A program made the position numbers and the translations under genes. The notes below the pieces were generated by a model, which worked only from the letters and a program-made list of their open reading frames with translations, had not been told where the DNA came from and did not search any database. Of a DNA stretch of 64,000 bases, positions 42,749-52,679 are shown piece after piece; position 1 is the first letter of the stretch; each line of letters starts with the position of its first letter. Origin of the DNA: Planctomycetota bacterium (GTDB lineage: Bacteria > Planctomycetota > B15-G4 > JADJEK01); NCBI GenBank assembly GCA_044225365.1, contig JBGAIQ010000015.1, forward strand, positions 37,346 to 101,345, given 5' to 3'.

Positions 42749-43342
42749 ATGGCACAGACAGTTCGGATCCTCGCATTTGCTGGAGCGGCGCGACGCGATT
42801 CGTGGAACAAGAAGCTTCTCGCGGTCGCGGTTCAAGGCGCGCGGGATGCCGGCGCCGAGGTCACGATCTACGACTTCGCGGAGTTTCCGCTTCCGCTCTA
42901 CGACGGGGATCTGGAGGCCGCGGGCGGCCTTCCCCCCAACGCGAAGAAGTTCAAGTCGCTGATGCGCGAACATCACGGCTTGCTGATCGCCTGCCCGGAG
43001 TACAACAGCTCGATCACTCCGTTGCTGAAGAACGCGATCGATTGGGCGTCGCGCCCCGAGAGCCCCGACGGCAAACCGGAACCGCCGCTCGTCGCCTACC
43101 AGAACAAGGTGGCCGGCCTCGTCGCCGCGTCCCCCGGTGCGCTCGGCGGCTTGCGCGGCCTCCGCCACGTCCGCGAGATCCTGTCGAACATCAACGTCCT
43201 CGTGCTCCCGCAGCAGTTCGCACTCAGCAAGGCGAACGAAGCCTTCGACGCCGCGGGCAAGCTGATCGACCCGAAAGCCGAATCCTCGGTGAAGGCCGTC
43301 GCAGCGAAGCTGGTAGCGACGACCTCCCGCCTCCTCGTCTGA
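42749..43342 (+). CDS. NADPH-dependent FMN reductase
   Basis: GAARRDSWN, PLYDGD, PEYNSSITPLLKNAIDWASR, GGLRG. Confidence 0.93.
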   Translation: MAQTVRILAFAGAARRDSWNKKLLAVAVQGARDAGAEVTIYDFAEFPLPLYDGDLEAAGGLPPNAKKFKSLMREHHGLLIACPEYNSSITPLLKNAIDWASRPESPDGKPEPPLVAYQNKVAGLVAASPGALGGLRGLRHVREILSNINVLVLPQQFALSKANEAFDAAGKLIDPKAESSVKAVAAKLVATTSRLLV

Positions 43343-43344
43343 AA

Positions 43345-43517
43345 CGACGGTCACGGACCGCGTCCGCCGCCGCCAACCCCGGCGGTTACGGATCGCAGCC
43401 GCCGCCGCCAGAAACCGGCGGTGACGGATCGCAGCCAAAACCGCCGGAACCGGCGGCGACGGATCGCAGCCAAAACCGCCGGAACCGGCGGTGACGGATC
43501 GCAGCCGCCGCCGCCAG
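43345..43517. repeat. About five tandem ~35-bp imperfect palindromic repeats between convergent genes
   Basis: Unit approximately CCGGCGGTGACGGATCGCAGCC(GCCG/AAAA)CCGCC, repeated without unique spacers. Confidence 0.85.
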
Positions 43518-43524
43518 CATGGCG

Positions 43525-44673
43525 TCAGCGTACTTCCTTCGGCTTCTTCGCGGGGGTGACGGCGGGGGCGGACTCCGCTTCGTTCACGAGTGTTTCGATC
43601 GCTTCGTCGAGGGACTCCTCGCTCGGGTCGAGGAAGCGGATCACATGCTGGGCGTCGAGCAGGTAGACGGTGGGATACGCGCTCACGTTGAATCGGCGCG
43701 CGATCGGCCCGCCGGTCGAGCCCTCGCAGAACGATCGCCAGGTGACCTGCTGCGAAGCGAGATTCGACTTCAGCTTGTCATCGATCTTGTCGGTGTTGAT
43801 GCCGAGAATGACGAACGGACGGTCCTTGTACTTCTCCACGAGCGACCGCTCGTGCGGGATCATGGCCCGGCAAGGGCCTCACCAGAATCCCCAGAAATCG
43901 AGCATCACCACTTTGCCCTTGTAGTCGGCGAGCTGGAACCCGACGCCATCGACGTCCTTGCCCTCGATCGGCGGGCAGGGCTTGCCGGCGACGAGATGGT
44001 CGAGCGCGAAGAGGGCCTGCTCCGCCGCTTCCCCAAGCGTGCCGCGCGAAGTCTTGACGTCGGCATACTCCTTCACGACCTTCTCGTACTCGGCGTGCGC
44101 CGCGGCAAGTTTCGCAGCGTCGTCCACAGCGGTCCATTTGTGGCTCGATGCCATCGCAAGGAGTGCCTTGCCGCGAACGGACCGCACGCTCGACTTCTCG
44201 ATCATCGCGACGAGCAAGCGCTCGGTCGGGCCCTGCGCGCCGTAGGAATATCGCGCCGCGAGGCCGCCGATCCGCTCGTCGTCGAGGTGATCCCGGATCA
44301 GGCGATCGACGACCGCGGAGAGATCACTCTCGCCGCGCGCCACGCTGATGGCGAAGAACAGCGCGTCGTACGCGTCGGGCGACTTCGAGCACTTCTCCGC
44401 GATCGCCATCGCCCGATCGAAGTACGACTTGTCGTCGGGCGCCAGCTTGCGCGCGGCGTCGCCGCGCTCCTCGTCGGTCTTCGCCGCCTCGATGGCTTCC
44501 CGTTGCCGGGAGAGCGCGGCATTGTATTCCTCGCGCAACGCGGCGATCGCCTTGGCGGCGTCGGTCGTCTGAGCGGCAACGGGAGCGGCGTCCTGCGCCT
44601 GCGCGCGAGGCGCCGACGCGAGCGGTAGAGCGAGCACGAGTGCTGCGCGGAAGAGGGATCGAGAGAGCTTCAT
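43525..44673 (-). CDS. Exported TlpA/thioredoxin-like selenoprotein (UGPC active site; in-frame UGA at 43881-43879)
   Basis: ORFs 43879-44673 and 43525-43863 are in the same frame and join as LDFWGFW-[TGA]-GPCRAMIPHE...YPTVYLLD; SECIS-like hairpin 24 nt downstream; signal peptide. Confidence 0.9.
43837..43854 (-). promoter_or_regulatory. Putative bacterial SECIS element
   Basis: CACGAGC-GGUC-GCUCGUG: perfect 7-bp stem, GG-U loop, starting 24 nt 3' of the UGA. Confidence 0.75.
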
Positions 44674-44789
44674 GGATCTTCACGGCCTCCAAGAACATGC
44701 CGTATCGCGCGACATCCGACGGCACTCGAGCGCAACCCCAGCGAGATGACGCCTGCGGGCTCCACGGATGATAACACGCCAAACGAAAC

Positions 44790-44824
44790 CACCGGCGGGA
44801 TCGCGCAGGGCGTTCCCGCCGGTG
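44790..44824 (-). terminator. Probable intrinsic terminator between the two selenoprotein genes
   Basis: CACCGGCGGGA...TCCCGCCGGTG 11-bp stem followed by GTTTCGTTT on the minus strand. Confidence 0.55.
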
Positions 44825-44860
44825 TTCACCGGAATCGGTGCAGATCGCGATGTCGCGCGA

Positions 44861-46018
44861 TCATTCGCCCGATTTCGATTTTGCCTTGTCGTCTGCGCTT
44901 TTCGCCTTGGATCCGGGATCGGGCGCCTTGCCCTCCGCTTCGGCGATCACCTGATCGAGGAGCTTCTCATCCGGCGACCCGTGACCCTTCCAGCGGATCT
45001 TCCGGTCCTTGTCGAGCAGGTACACCGTCGGCCAGCCCTGGACGTTGAACTGGGTGGCGATCGGTCCGCTCGTGCTTCCTTCGAAGAAGGAGCGCCAGGT
45101 GATGTTCTCTTTCTTCTGCGCGTCGATCAGCGTCTGCTTCTTCTCATCGCTGTTGACGCCGAGGATGACGAAAGGCTTGTCCTTCAATCTTTCCACGAGC
45201 GACCGCTCGTGTGGGATCATGGCCCGGCAAGGGCCTCACCAGAAGCCCCAGAAGTCGAGCATCACCACCTTTCCCTTGTAGTCGGCGAGTGAGAACTTCA
45301 CTCCGTCGACGTCGCTGCCGGAGATCTCGGGACACACGCTGCCGATACCGAGGTTCTCGAGCTCGTACACCGCCTTGCGTGCGATATCGCCGAGTCGACC
45401 CATCGGGGATTTGATCCCCGAGTAGTTCTCGATCACGTCGTTGTAGAGGTCGATCGCCTGCTTCTGGAGCGTGGCGTCGCCCGTGTTCTCCGACTGTTCC
45501 TTCAGCCCCTCGGCCTTGCGGAACGTCGCCTTGCCCTTCACGGAGTCGTGCGGGCTCTTGGCGATGAGCGCGTCGCACAGCTTGTCGGCGGGCGGCCCGT
45601 AGACGACCATCGACGCGTCTCCCAGGGATTCGCTCGCGATGTAGTCCGCGATCAGCGTATCGATGATCGTCGCAGACGTCTTCGGATCCTGGCTGAGTTC
45701 GAGCGCCCAGACGAGCGCGCTCGCGGCGATCTCCTGGCCCTTCGCGGCGTCGGCGATGGCGATCGCCTTCGTCGCGTATTCATCCGACTTCGGATACTTG
45801 GTTTCGATCAGTTTCTTGCGCTCGTCGTCGGTCGTAGCCTTCTGATACAGCTCGCTGAATGCGTTTTGCGCATCCGAGAACTGCTTCTGCAGCGCAGCGA
45901 GATCGGCCGCCGGGTCGCCGATTCGGGCGAACACCAGAGGCTGCAGCAGGGGAGGCGTAGCGACCGCGCCCGGCGCGAGCAGAGTGCTCGTGATGCCGAT
46001 CGCGAACAAGAGGGTCAT
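44861..46018 (-). CDS. Exported TlpA/thioredoxin-like selenoprotein paralog (UGPC; in-frame UGA at 45238-45236)
   Basis: ATG 46018 with AAGGAG RBS; ORFs join in frame as LDFWGFW-[TGA]-GPCRAMIPHE...WPTVYLLD; identical SECIS-like hairpin. Confidence 0.9.
45194..45211 (-). promoter_or_regulatory. Putative bacterial SECIS element
   Basis: Same CACGAGC-GGUC-GCUCGUG hairpin, 24 nt 3' of the UGA. Confidence 0.75.
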
Positions 46019-46216
46019 TTTCGATTCTCCTTGTGAGTTGCAGCAGGCACCGGCATCGTCCGCTTTCCCGAGGCAGGGGTCAAGGGAACTCGAACCGTCT
46101 TCTCCGGCTGTCAACCGGGCCGAACTGCGCTACACTTCATCGATCGGCTCCCGCGCCTCGGCACCCTGCGCGGACTCCCCTTCCCACTCGAAATCGTTCG
46201 CTCTCGGAGAAACTGG

Positions 46217-49200
46217 ATGCGTTCCCAAATCGCTCCGCTCGGCGCGATCCTGGTCGTTGCATGCGCAGGCATCGCATCGGCTCAGGGTTCGTTCGTCAAT
46301 TTCGAATCGCCGCACGTCCATCCCCTCGAACTCACTCCTGACGGCACGCGGCTGCTCGCCGTGAATACCGCCGACAATCGGCTCGAGGTCTTCGCCGTAT
46401 TACCCGCGCAGCTCGCGCACATCGGTTCGGTACCCGTCGGACTCGATCCCACCTCGGTGCGTGCGCGGAGCAACGGCGAAGCCTGGGTCGTGAATCATCT
46501 CTCCGACTCGGTCTCCGTCGTCGACCTCGCGACGCTGCGGGTTCGCGCGACGTTCAAGACCCAGGACGAGCCCAATGACGTGGCCTTCGCCGGCACGACC
46601 ACGTCCCGCGCCTTCGTATCTTCCGCGACGGAGAACACCGTGTCGGTGTTCGATCCGAACAATCTGACGGCAGCGCCGACCCTCGTCCCGATCTTCGGCG
46701 TCGCGCCGCGCGCGATCGCCGTGTCGAGTGACTTCAAGAAGGTCTACGTCGCGATCTTCGATTCCGGCAATCAGTCGACGGTGCTCGGCGGCGGCGGGAC
46801 GATGGCGAACGTGTTCCCGCCCAACGTGGTCTCCAATCCCGCGGGTCCCTACGGCGGGCAGAACCCGCCGCCGAATGCGGGCAACGCGTTCAATCCACCG
46901 ATCGCCGCGGGCCTCCCCGCGCCGCCGAAGGTCGGCCTGATCGTGAAGAAGGACGCGACGGGCAAGTGGATGGACGACAACGCGCACGACTGGACTGCGC
47001 TCGTCTCCGGCAACAATGCATCGCTCTCTGGACGTCCGGTCGGCTGGGACCTCCCCGACCACGACGTCGCCGTGATCGACGCCGACTCGCTCGGGCTCAC
47101 CTACGCCGATCACCTGATGAATCTCGACATGGCGCTCGCGGTGAATCCGGCGAACGGCGAAGTCGTCGTCGTCGGCACCGAAGCGACGAACGAGATCCGC
47201 TTCGAGCCGAACCTCAAGGGCAAGTTCGTCCACGTCGTCGGTTCGCGCATCACGTCGTCCGGAGCGTTCGTCGCGACGAAGGACCTCAATCCGCACCTGA
47301 CGTACGGCGTGTCGAGCATTCCGCAGAGCGATCGCGACAAGTCACTCGGCGATCCGCGCGGAGTCGCGTTCAGCGCGAACGGATCTCGCGTCTTCGTGAC
47401 GGGCATGGGTAGCAACAACCTCGTCGCCTTCGACAGCACGCTCACGCGGGTCGGCACCACCGCGACGACGACGATCCCGGTCGGCGAAGGACCGACCGGC
47501 GTCGTGGCGCATCCGCTGACCGGCATGGTCTTCGTGCTCAACAAGTTCGAAGGCAGCGTGTCGTGCGTCGATCCTGTCGCGCAGAAGGAAGTGGATCGCA
47601 CCGCGCTCGCGTTCGATCCCACGCCGTCCGTCATCAAGGTCGGCCGCAAGCATCTCTACGACACGCACAAGAACTCCGGTCTCGGCCAGATCGCGTGCGC
47701 GTCGTGTCACATCGACGCCCGCATCGACCACCTCGCGTGGGACCTCGGCGATCCCTCCGGCGCGATGAAGGCGACGACGGGCCAAAACCTCGGCGCCAAC
47801 GTCCCCGGCCTCAACACGGGATTCCAGCCGTGGCACCCGATGAAGGGCCCGATGACGACGCAGTCGCTGCAGGACATCGTCGGCAAGGAGCCCCTGCATT
47901 GGCGCGGCGATCGCGCGGGTCTCGAGGAGTTCGCGCCCGCGTTCAAGAATCTGCAGGGCGATGACGTCCAGCTCTTGCCTGCGGAAATGCAGGAGTTCGA
48001 GGACTTCATCGCGTCCATCCACTACCCGCCGAATCCGTATCGCAACTTCGACAACACGCTGACGACCGCGATGAATACCGGCGTGAAGTCGAACGGCCGC
48101 TTCTCGCCAAAGGGCACGGCCTTGCCGGTCGGCAACGCGCAGCACGGTGCGACCATCTATCGTCCGCCCACATTGCTCGATGCTGCGGCGATCGCATGCT
48201 CGTCATGCCACACCCTGCCCGTTGGCATCGGCACGAACAGCAAGCTCGTGGGCTTCGCGTTCCAGCCGATCGCGACGGGACCGAATGGAGAACTCCATCA
48301 CATGCTCGTGTCGCAGGACGGCAATACGAACATCACGATGAAGGTTCCGCAGCTTCGGAACATGTACGAGAAGCGCGGCTTCGATACCAACCTGACTTCG
48401 AACGTGGCCGGATTCGGCTACCTGCACGATGGGTCGGTCGACACGCTCGCCTCGTTCCTGTCCGAGCCGGTGTTCAATCCGGGCGGCGATCAGGACCTCG
48501 CCGACCTCGTCGCGTTCCTCTTCCAGTTCGCGGGTTCCGACCTCGCGTACGGCGGCTCGATCCTCGAACCGCCCGCAACCTCGGCGAAGGACGCGCATGC
48601 AGCCGTCGGACAGCAGACGACTCTCATCGATTCGGGAACGCCCGCTGCGGGCCAACTCGCACTCATCGATCAGATGGTCACGGTCGCGAACACGAACAAG
48701 GTCGGACTCGTCGTGAAGGGCATCCAGGGCGGCCTGGCGCGCGGGTACTACTACGTCGGCGGCAACTCGTTCCAGAGCGATCGCTCGACGGAGACGCGCA
48801 CGGTCGCGCAGTTGAAGTCTTCGGCGGCGCCGGGATCCGAGCTCACCTTCACCGTGGTGCCGTTCGAATCGCGCGTCCGCATCGGCGTCGATCGCGACGA
48901 GGATGGCTGGTTCGATCGCGACGAGATCGACGCGCTCACGAATCCGAACGATCCGACGAACTACCCGGGATGCGGATCGGCGCTCGCGTACGGCCAGGGT
49001 TGTCCAGGCTCGGGCAATCGCATTCCACGGGTCCAGGTCACGGGCTGTCTGAAGCAGAACGGCAACGTCGTGTTCACGCTCGACAAGGGCAATCCGAATG
49101 CCCTCGCTCTCCTCGTGTTCGGCCTGACGCAGGCGGCGCAACCGATCGGCGGCGGTTGTTATCTCAACGTCGCCCCGATGCTCCCGCCGCTCGTCGGTCC

Positions 49201-49357
49201 GTTCCCGCTCGACGCGAACGGCTCGATCTCGTTCCCCGCAGCGATTCCGGCGGGAGTGGGAGCGGGCGTCGTCACGATGCAGGGCATCGTCCAGGATGCA
49301 GGCGTGCCGATCGGCTTCACGACGACGAACGGCCTGCAGCTCACGTTCTCGCCCTGA
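46217..49357 (+). CDS. Secreted YVTN-like beta-propeller / di-heme cytochrome c peroxidase-like (bCcP/MauG superfamily) protein with shared C-terminal domain
   Basis: Propeller repeats (VPVGLDP, IPVGEGP); CASCH and CSSCH hemes; KVPQLRNMY...GYLHDG; DRDEDGWFD Ca-binding-like repeat; CTD ending NGLQLTFSP. Confidence 0.85.
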   Translation: MRSQIAPLGAILVVACAGIASAQGSFVNFESPHVHPLELTPDGTRLLAVNTADNRLEVFAVLPAQLAHIGSVPVGLDPTSVRARSNGEAWVVNHLSDSVSVVDLATLRVRATFKTQDEPNDVAFAGTTTSRAFVSSATENTVSVFDPNNLTAAPTLVPIFGVAPRAIAVSSDFKKVYVAIFDSGNQSTVLGGGGTMANVFPPNVVSNPAGPYGGQNPPPNAGNAFNPPIAAGLPAPPKVGLIVKKDATGKWMDDNAHDWTALVSGNNASLSGRPVGWDLPDHDVAVIDADSLGLTYADHLMNLDMALAVNPANGEVVVVGTEATNEIRFEPNLKGKFVHVVGSRITSSGAFVATKDLNPHLTYGVSSIPQSDRDKSLGDPRGVAFSANGSRVFVTGMGSNNLVAFDSTLTRVGTTATTTIPVGEGPTGVVAHPLTGMVFVLNKFEGSVSCVDPVAQKEVDRTALAFDPTPSVIKVGRKHLYDTHKNSGLGQIACASCHIDARIDHLAWDLGDPSGAMKATTGQNLGANVPGLNTGFQPWHPMKGPMTTQSLQDIVGKEPLHWRGDRAGLEEFAPAFKNLQGDDVQLLPAEMQEFEDFIASIHYPPNPYRNFDNTLTTAMNTGVKSNGRFSPKGTALPVGNAQHGATIYRPPTLLDAAAIACSSCHTLPVGIGTNSKLVGFAFQPIATGPNGELHHMLVSQDGNTNITMKVPQLRNMYEKRGFDTNLTSNVAGFGYLHDGSVDTLASFLSEPVFNPGGDQDLADLVAFLFQFAGSDLAYGGSILEPPATSAKDAHAAVGQQTTLIDSGTPAAGQLALIDQMVTVANTNKVGLVVKGIQGGLARGYYYVGGNSFQSDRSTETRTVAQLKSSAAPGSELTFTVVPFESRVRIGVDRDEDGWFDRDEIDALTNPNDPTNYPGCGSALAYGQGCPGSGNRIPRVQVTGCLKQNGNVVFTLDKGNPNALALLVFGLTQAAQPIGGGCYLNVAPMLPPLVGPFPLDANGSISFPAAIPAGVGAGVVTMQGIVQDAGVPIGFTTTNGLQLTFSP

Positions 49358-49389
49358 CGACGACGGGCGTTCGAACCGGCTGAACGAGC

Positions 49390-50107
49390 ATGTGCGGACG
49401 TTTCACGTTGGTCTTGCCGCTCGAGCTCGTCGAGCAGTATCTGGAAGCGCGCGAGCGCGGAGTCCCCGAGTCGTTCGGGTCCCGCGCTCCCGCGCCGTTA
49501 CAACATCGCGCCGTCGCAGGAAATCGTCGTCGTGGACGCGAATCCGGCGACGCGGCGGCGCCGCTCGCGCATCGCGAAATGGGGATTCGAAGCCGGACGT
49601 GGCGAGAGTGGCGAGTCGAGGGCGCCGATCAACGCCCGCGCCGAGACCGTCGCGTCGACGCGCATCTTTCGCGACGCATTCGTGACCGGCCGATGCGTCG
49701 TCCCCGCGAGCGGGTTCTACGAATGGGCGAACTCGGCCGAAGGCGGCAAGCAGCCGTACTACATCCATCCCCGCCACGAAGAACCGACCCTTCCGCCTCT
49801 CATGGTGTTCGCGGCGATCCTGACGGCGAATGCGGAAGGTCGCGCGAGTTGCGCGATCCTCACGCGTCCCGCGAGCGCGTCGCTCCTCGCGATCCACGAC
49901 CGCATGCCCGTGATCCTCGGATCGAAGCAGCTCGGGCCTTGGCTCCTCGGTGACGCCGCCACGGCGCGCGAGACGCTGGAAGCCGCGCGATCTCGGACCG
50001 CGTTCGATCTTCGGTCGATCGCTGTCTCCAACCTCGTCAACGATGTGCGAAACGACGAGCCGCGCTTGATCGCACCCGAAGCGGATTCGCGCGTGGATCC
50101 GTCCTGA
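49390..50107 (+). pseudogene. yedK: SRAP/HMCES (YedK-like) abasic-site protein, frameshifted
   Basis: MCGRF N-terminus is in one frame. RYNIAPSQ, INARAET, RCVVPASGFYEW and HDRMPVIL are in the +1 frame. The break lies at about 49445-49495. Confidence 0.8.
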
Positions 50108-50169
50108 CCGAACGACAACACGGCGACGCGGCTACGAGCCGGTCGCAGGTCCGGTCGAACCGTCAACGG

Positions 50170-52083
50170 TCATCTTGCACGCCGGAGGTGTCCGAGCGCC
50201 GCTACCGCGACCCCGACGGCTGCCAAGGAAGCGAGGACGAGTGCCGCGTACGTGGCGCGAGCAAGGTGGACCGGCACGGCGGCGTCTACGATTCGAGCCC
50301 GATAGTTCACGACGCTCGTCAGCCGGTTCAGCTCCGAGGCCGCATCGTCGATCACACTCGAAACGCTGAATGCATCCCGGGTGAGTTCGATCTGATCCAT
50401 TTCGGGGTCGGCGACGACGTGAAGGAACCGATCGATCTCGACTTCGGATGCGGTGATGGAATCGCGCGCTTCCGCTTCCGACTCGGCGCCGGATAGCGCC
50501 TCGAGATCGATCTTCTCGAGCTGTAAAGTATTCCGACGGAGCGAACTCAACTGCCGAGTGACCTCTGCGATTTTCGTAGCTCGGCCATCGCTGTTCTCCA
50601 TCGCGGCTTCGAGTACCCCCGCCCGGAGGTCGATCAGGTTCTGGAGCATGTCCTCGAGTTCTTTGAGGGCGAACACGCCATCATCGAGGAGGTTGTTGAC
50701 GGCGGATCCGGCCCGACGGATCTCCAATGTCGTCAGAGTGGGGAGGGCGACGATGAGAAGGAGGAGTATGGCGGTCGCTGCCGCGCGCCAGTGGGCCGTG
50801 CGGAATCCCGCAAGGCGAGATCCGAAGCCTCCATGCCCACTCCGTGCGGCGCTCGGCGACGGTCCGTACCCGTTCGAAGGTCGTGCGAACGCCCCGCGCG
50901 CCGCGAACGAGATCGGCACGGGTTCTCGCTCGTCGTCGAGGTTCGTTGCGAGCGAATCCTTCATCACGGAGCGGTAGATCGCGTCGGTCCTTGCGCAACG
51001 CAGGGACTCGGACATCAACTCACGAACGACCGAACCTCCCGCCAAGCCGAGGCGATTCGCGAGTTCCGGATTCGAAAGGAGTCGGACGACCGCCTGCGCC
51101 ATTCCCTCGGTGTCCCCCGGCTCGACGAGCAAGCCGGTCTCCTCGTGTCGCACGATCTCGGGATTGCCGTCGGTCCGCGTCGCGACGCAAGCCTTTCGCA
51201 TCGCAAGGGCTTCGCGAAGCGATCCCGTCAAACCCTCGTTCTTCACCGAACAGTTGAGCGCGATGTCGGCCGCGGCGTAGATCTCCGGCACATCTTTTCG
51301 GAAGCCGAGGAGTCGCACGGTCGAGGCGAGCCCAAGGTCGTCGATCAGCTTCGCGGTTTGCCGCTCGTGACTGCCTTTTCCCGCCAGGGCGAATACGCAG
51401 TCGGGTCGGGTTCGATGAACGAGCGCAGCGACACGCACGAAGTCGAGCGGCCCCTTCTTGGGTTGGATCTCGCCCACCTGCACGATGAGGGGTTGATCGT
51501 CGCGCAGTCCAAGCTCACTTCGGACCTGCGTTCGCGCCACGTAATCGGGGTCGAATCGTGAGGTATCGAACGAGCCGTAGACGACCTCGATCTTGTCCTC
51601 CCGGACTCCGTACGACGTCAGTGCTCTCTTCACCGCCTGCGAAACCGCGATGATGCGCTGGACGCGTTTGGAGCGATGGACGTGCGCAGCGAGGGCCGTG
51701 CGAAATTCGTGGGTCGTACCGCGTTGGGAGACGAGCGGGACGGACGATCCTTGAAGTGCGAGCCAGGCGAATGCGAGCGCCGTGTCGCGATGCACGTGAA
51801 CGACGTCCGCGCGGAAGTCGCGGACATGTCTGCGGAATCGAAGCGCTTCGAGAGGATGACCGATGCCCGATTCGCCAAGTTCGAGCCCGATGATGGGAAT
51901 GCCATCCTCGATCCAATCCTGAAAGGTCTCCGAATCGAGAAGGTCGTTGGCGCTTCCGTTCACGAAGACGAGGACGGAATGGCCTGCGACGAGTTGCGAC
52001 TTCGCGAGGAGGAGCGCCTGAATGGCGCCGCCCCGAGTGGCGTCGCGGTGGGTCAGCAAGTGGACGATACGAAGAGGTGTCAC
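50170..52083 (-). CDS. Glycosyltransferase family 4 fused to a C-terminal TM-helical bundle-TM module
   Basis: GT-B motifs (GGA, DVVHVH, KKG, LGFRKDV, EGLTGSLREALA, ETGLLV), then a linker and two hydrophobic helices flanking about 150 helical residues. Start uncertain. Confidence 0.8.
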   Translation of the reverse strand: MTPLRIVHLLTHRDATRGGAIQALLLAKSQLVAGHSVLVFVNGSANDLLDSETFQDWIEDGIPIIGLELGESGIGHPLEALRFRRHVRDFRADVVHVHRDTALAFAWLALQGSSVPLVSQRGTTHEFRTALAAHVHRSKRVQRIIAVSQAVKRALTSYGVREDKIEVVYGSFDTSRFDPDYVARTQVRSELGLRDDQPLIVQVGEIQPKKGPLDFVRVAALVHRTRPDCVFALAGKGSHERQTAKLIDDLGLASTVRLLGFRKDVPEIYAAADIALNCSVKNEGLTGSLREALAMRKACVATRTDGNPEIVRHEETGLLVEPGDTEGMAQAVVRLLSNPELANRLGLAGGSVVRELMSESLRCARTDAIYRSVMKDSLATNLDDEREPVPISFAARGAFARPSNGYGPSPSAARSGHGGFGSRLAGFRTAHWRAAATAILLLLIVALPTLTTLEIRRAGSAVNNLLDDGVFALKELEDMLQNLIDLRAGVLEAAMENSDGRATKIAEVTRQLSSLRRNTLQLEKIDLEALSGAESEAEARDSITASEVEIDRFLHVVADPEMDQIELTRDAFSVSSVIDDAASELNRLTSVVNYRARIVDAAVPVHLARATYAALVLASLAAVGVAVAALGHLRRAR

Positions 52084-52679
52084 GAGCAGCGCTCCATCCG
52101 ATCCTCGTCGCGTATCTCTTGCATCGCAACGAGGATTCGAGTCTTGGCGCGGCGGCACCCGCGGGTGGGACGGCTGGAGCCGCGATCGAGTGAACTGCGA
52201 AAGCTCCCGGATCGTAGCCGCAAGGAGCGCGAGACAAAACGGAGATCGATCGCAATCGAGGTTCTCGGCTTCGCGATCGCGGAATCATTCGTTGCCGAAT
52301 CTCCACGATGCCGAGCCCATCGGCGCATCCGCGCCTTGCAGGGGATCGAGTCGCGAGCACGGCGATCCGAATGCTCCTTACGGACCCTCCCCTGTTGTCG
52401 AACGGTCGACTCTCCGCGCGACGGAACTATGGCGAGATGAAGAATCAGATTTCTTGAATCGGCTCGCTCTCGAACAAAGATCTCTGCGCTATTCTGGCGA
52501 ACGCTTGATCAGGAGTTCGCCGCGACCCTTCCGACCGGCGGCGATTCGGGTGTGTTCGAAATTCGATCTGGGACGACGTGGAACGAGCCGTGGAGACTCG
52601 TTCGCGTGGAGAGTGCGTCGTTCACCGTTCGAATCGAACGTGGGTCTGTTCGACAGCTTTCGAAACGAGGGAGTGAGCA

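Noticed and set aside
43345-43517. Possible mini-CRISPR (~35-bp units)
   Set aside because: The units are contiguous with no spacers.
43525-45220. The two MIPHERS... ORFs as independent small genes, or the loci as nonsense pseudogenes
   Set aside because: Both are in frame with the upstream ORF. The TGA is at the same catalytic position in two diverged paralogs and is followed by a conserved hairpin, so independent nonsense mutations are implausible.
52084-52679. Lower-GC intergenic region with a possible sigma54 promoter (TGGCGA...TTGA)
   Set aside because: Spacing and sequence do not match the -24/-12 consensus well enough to call.
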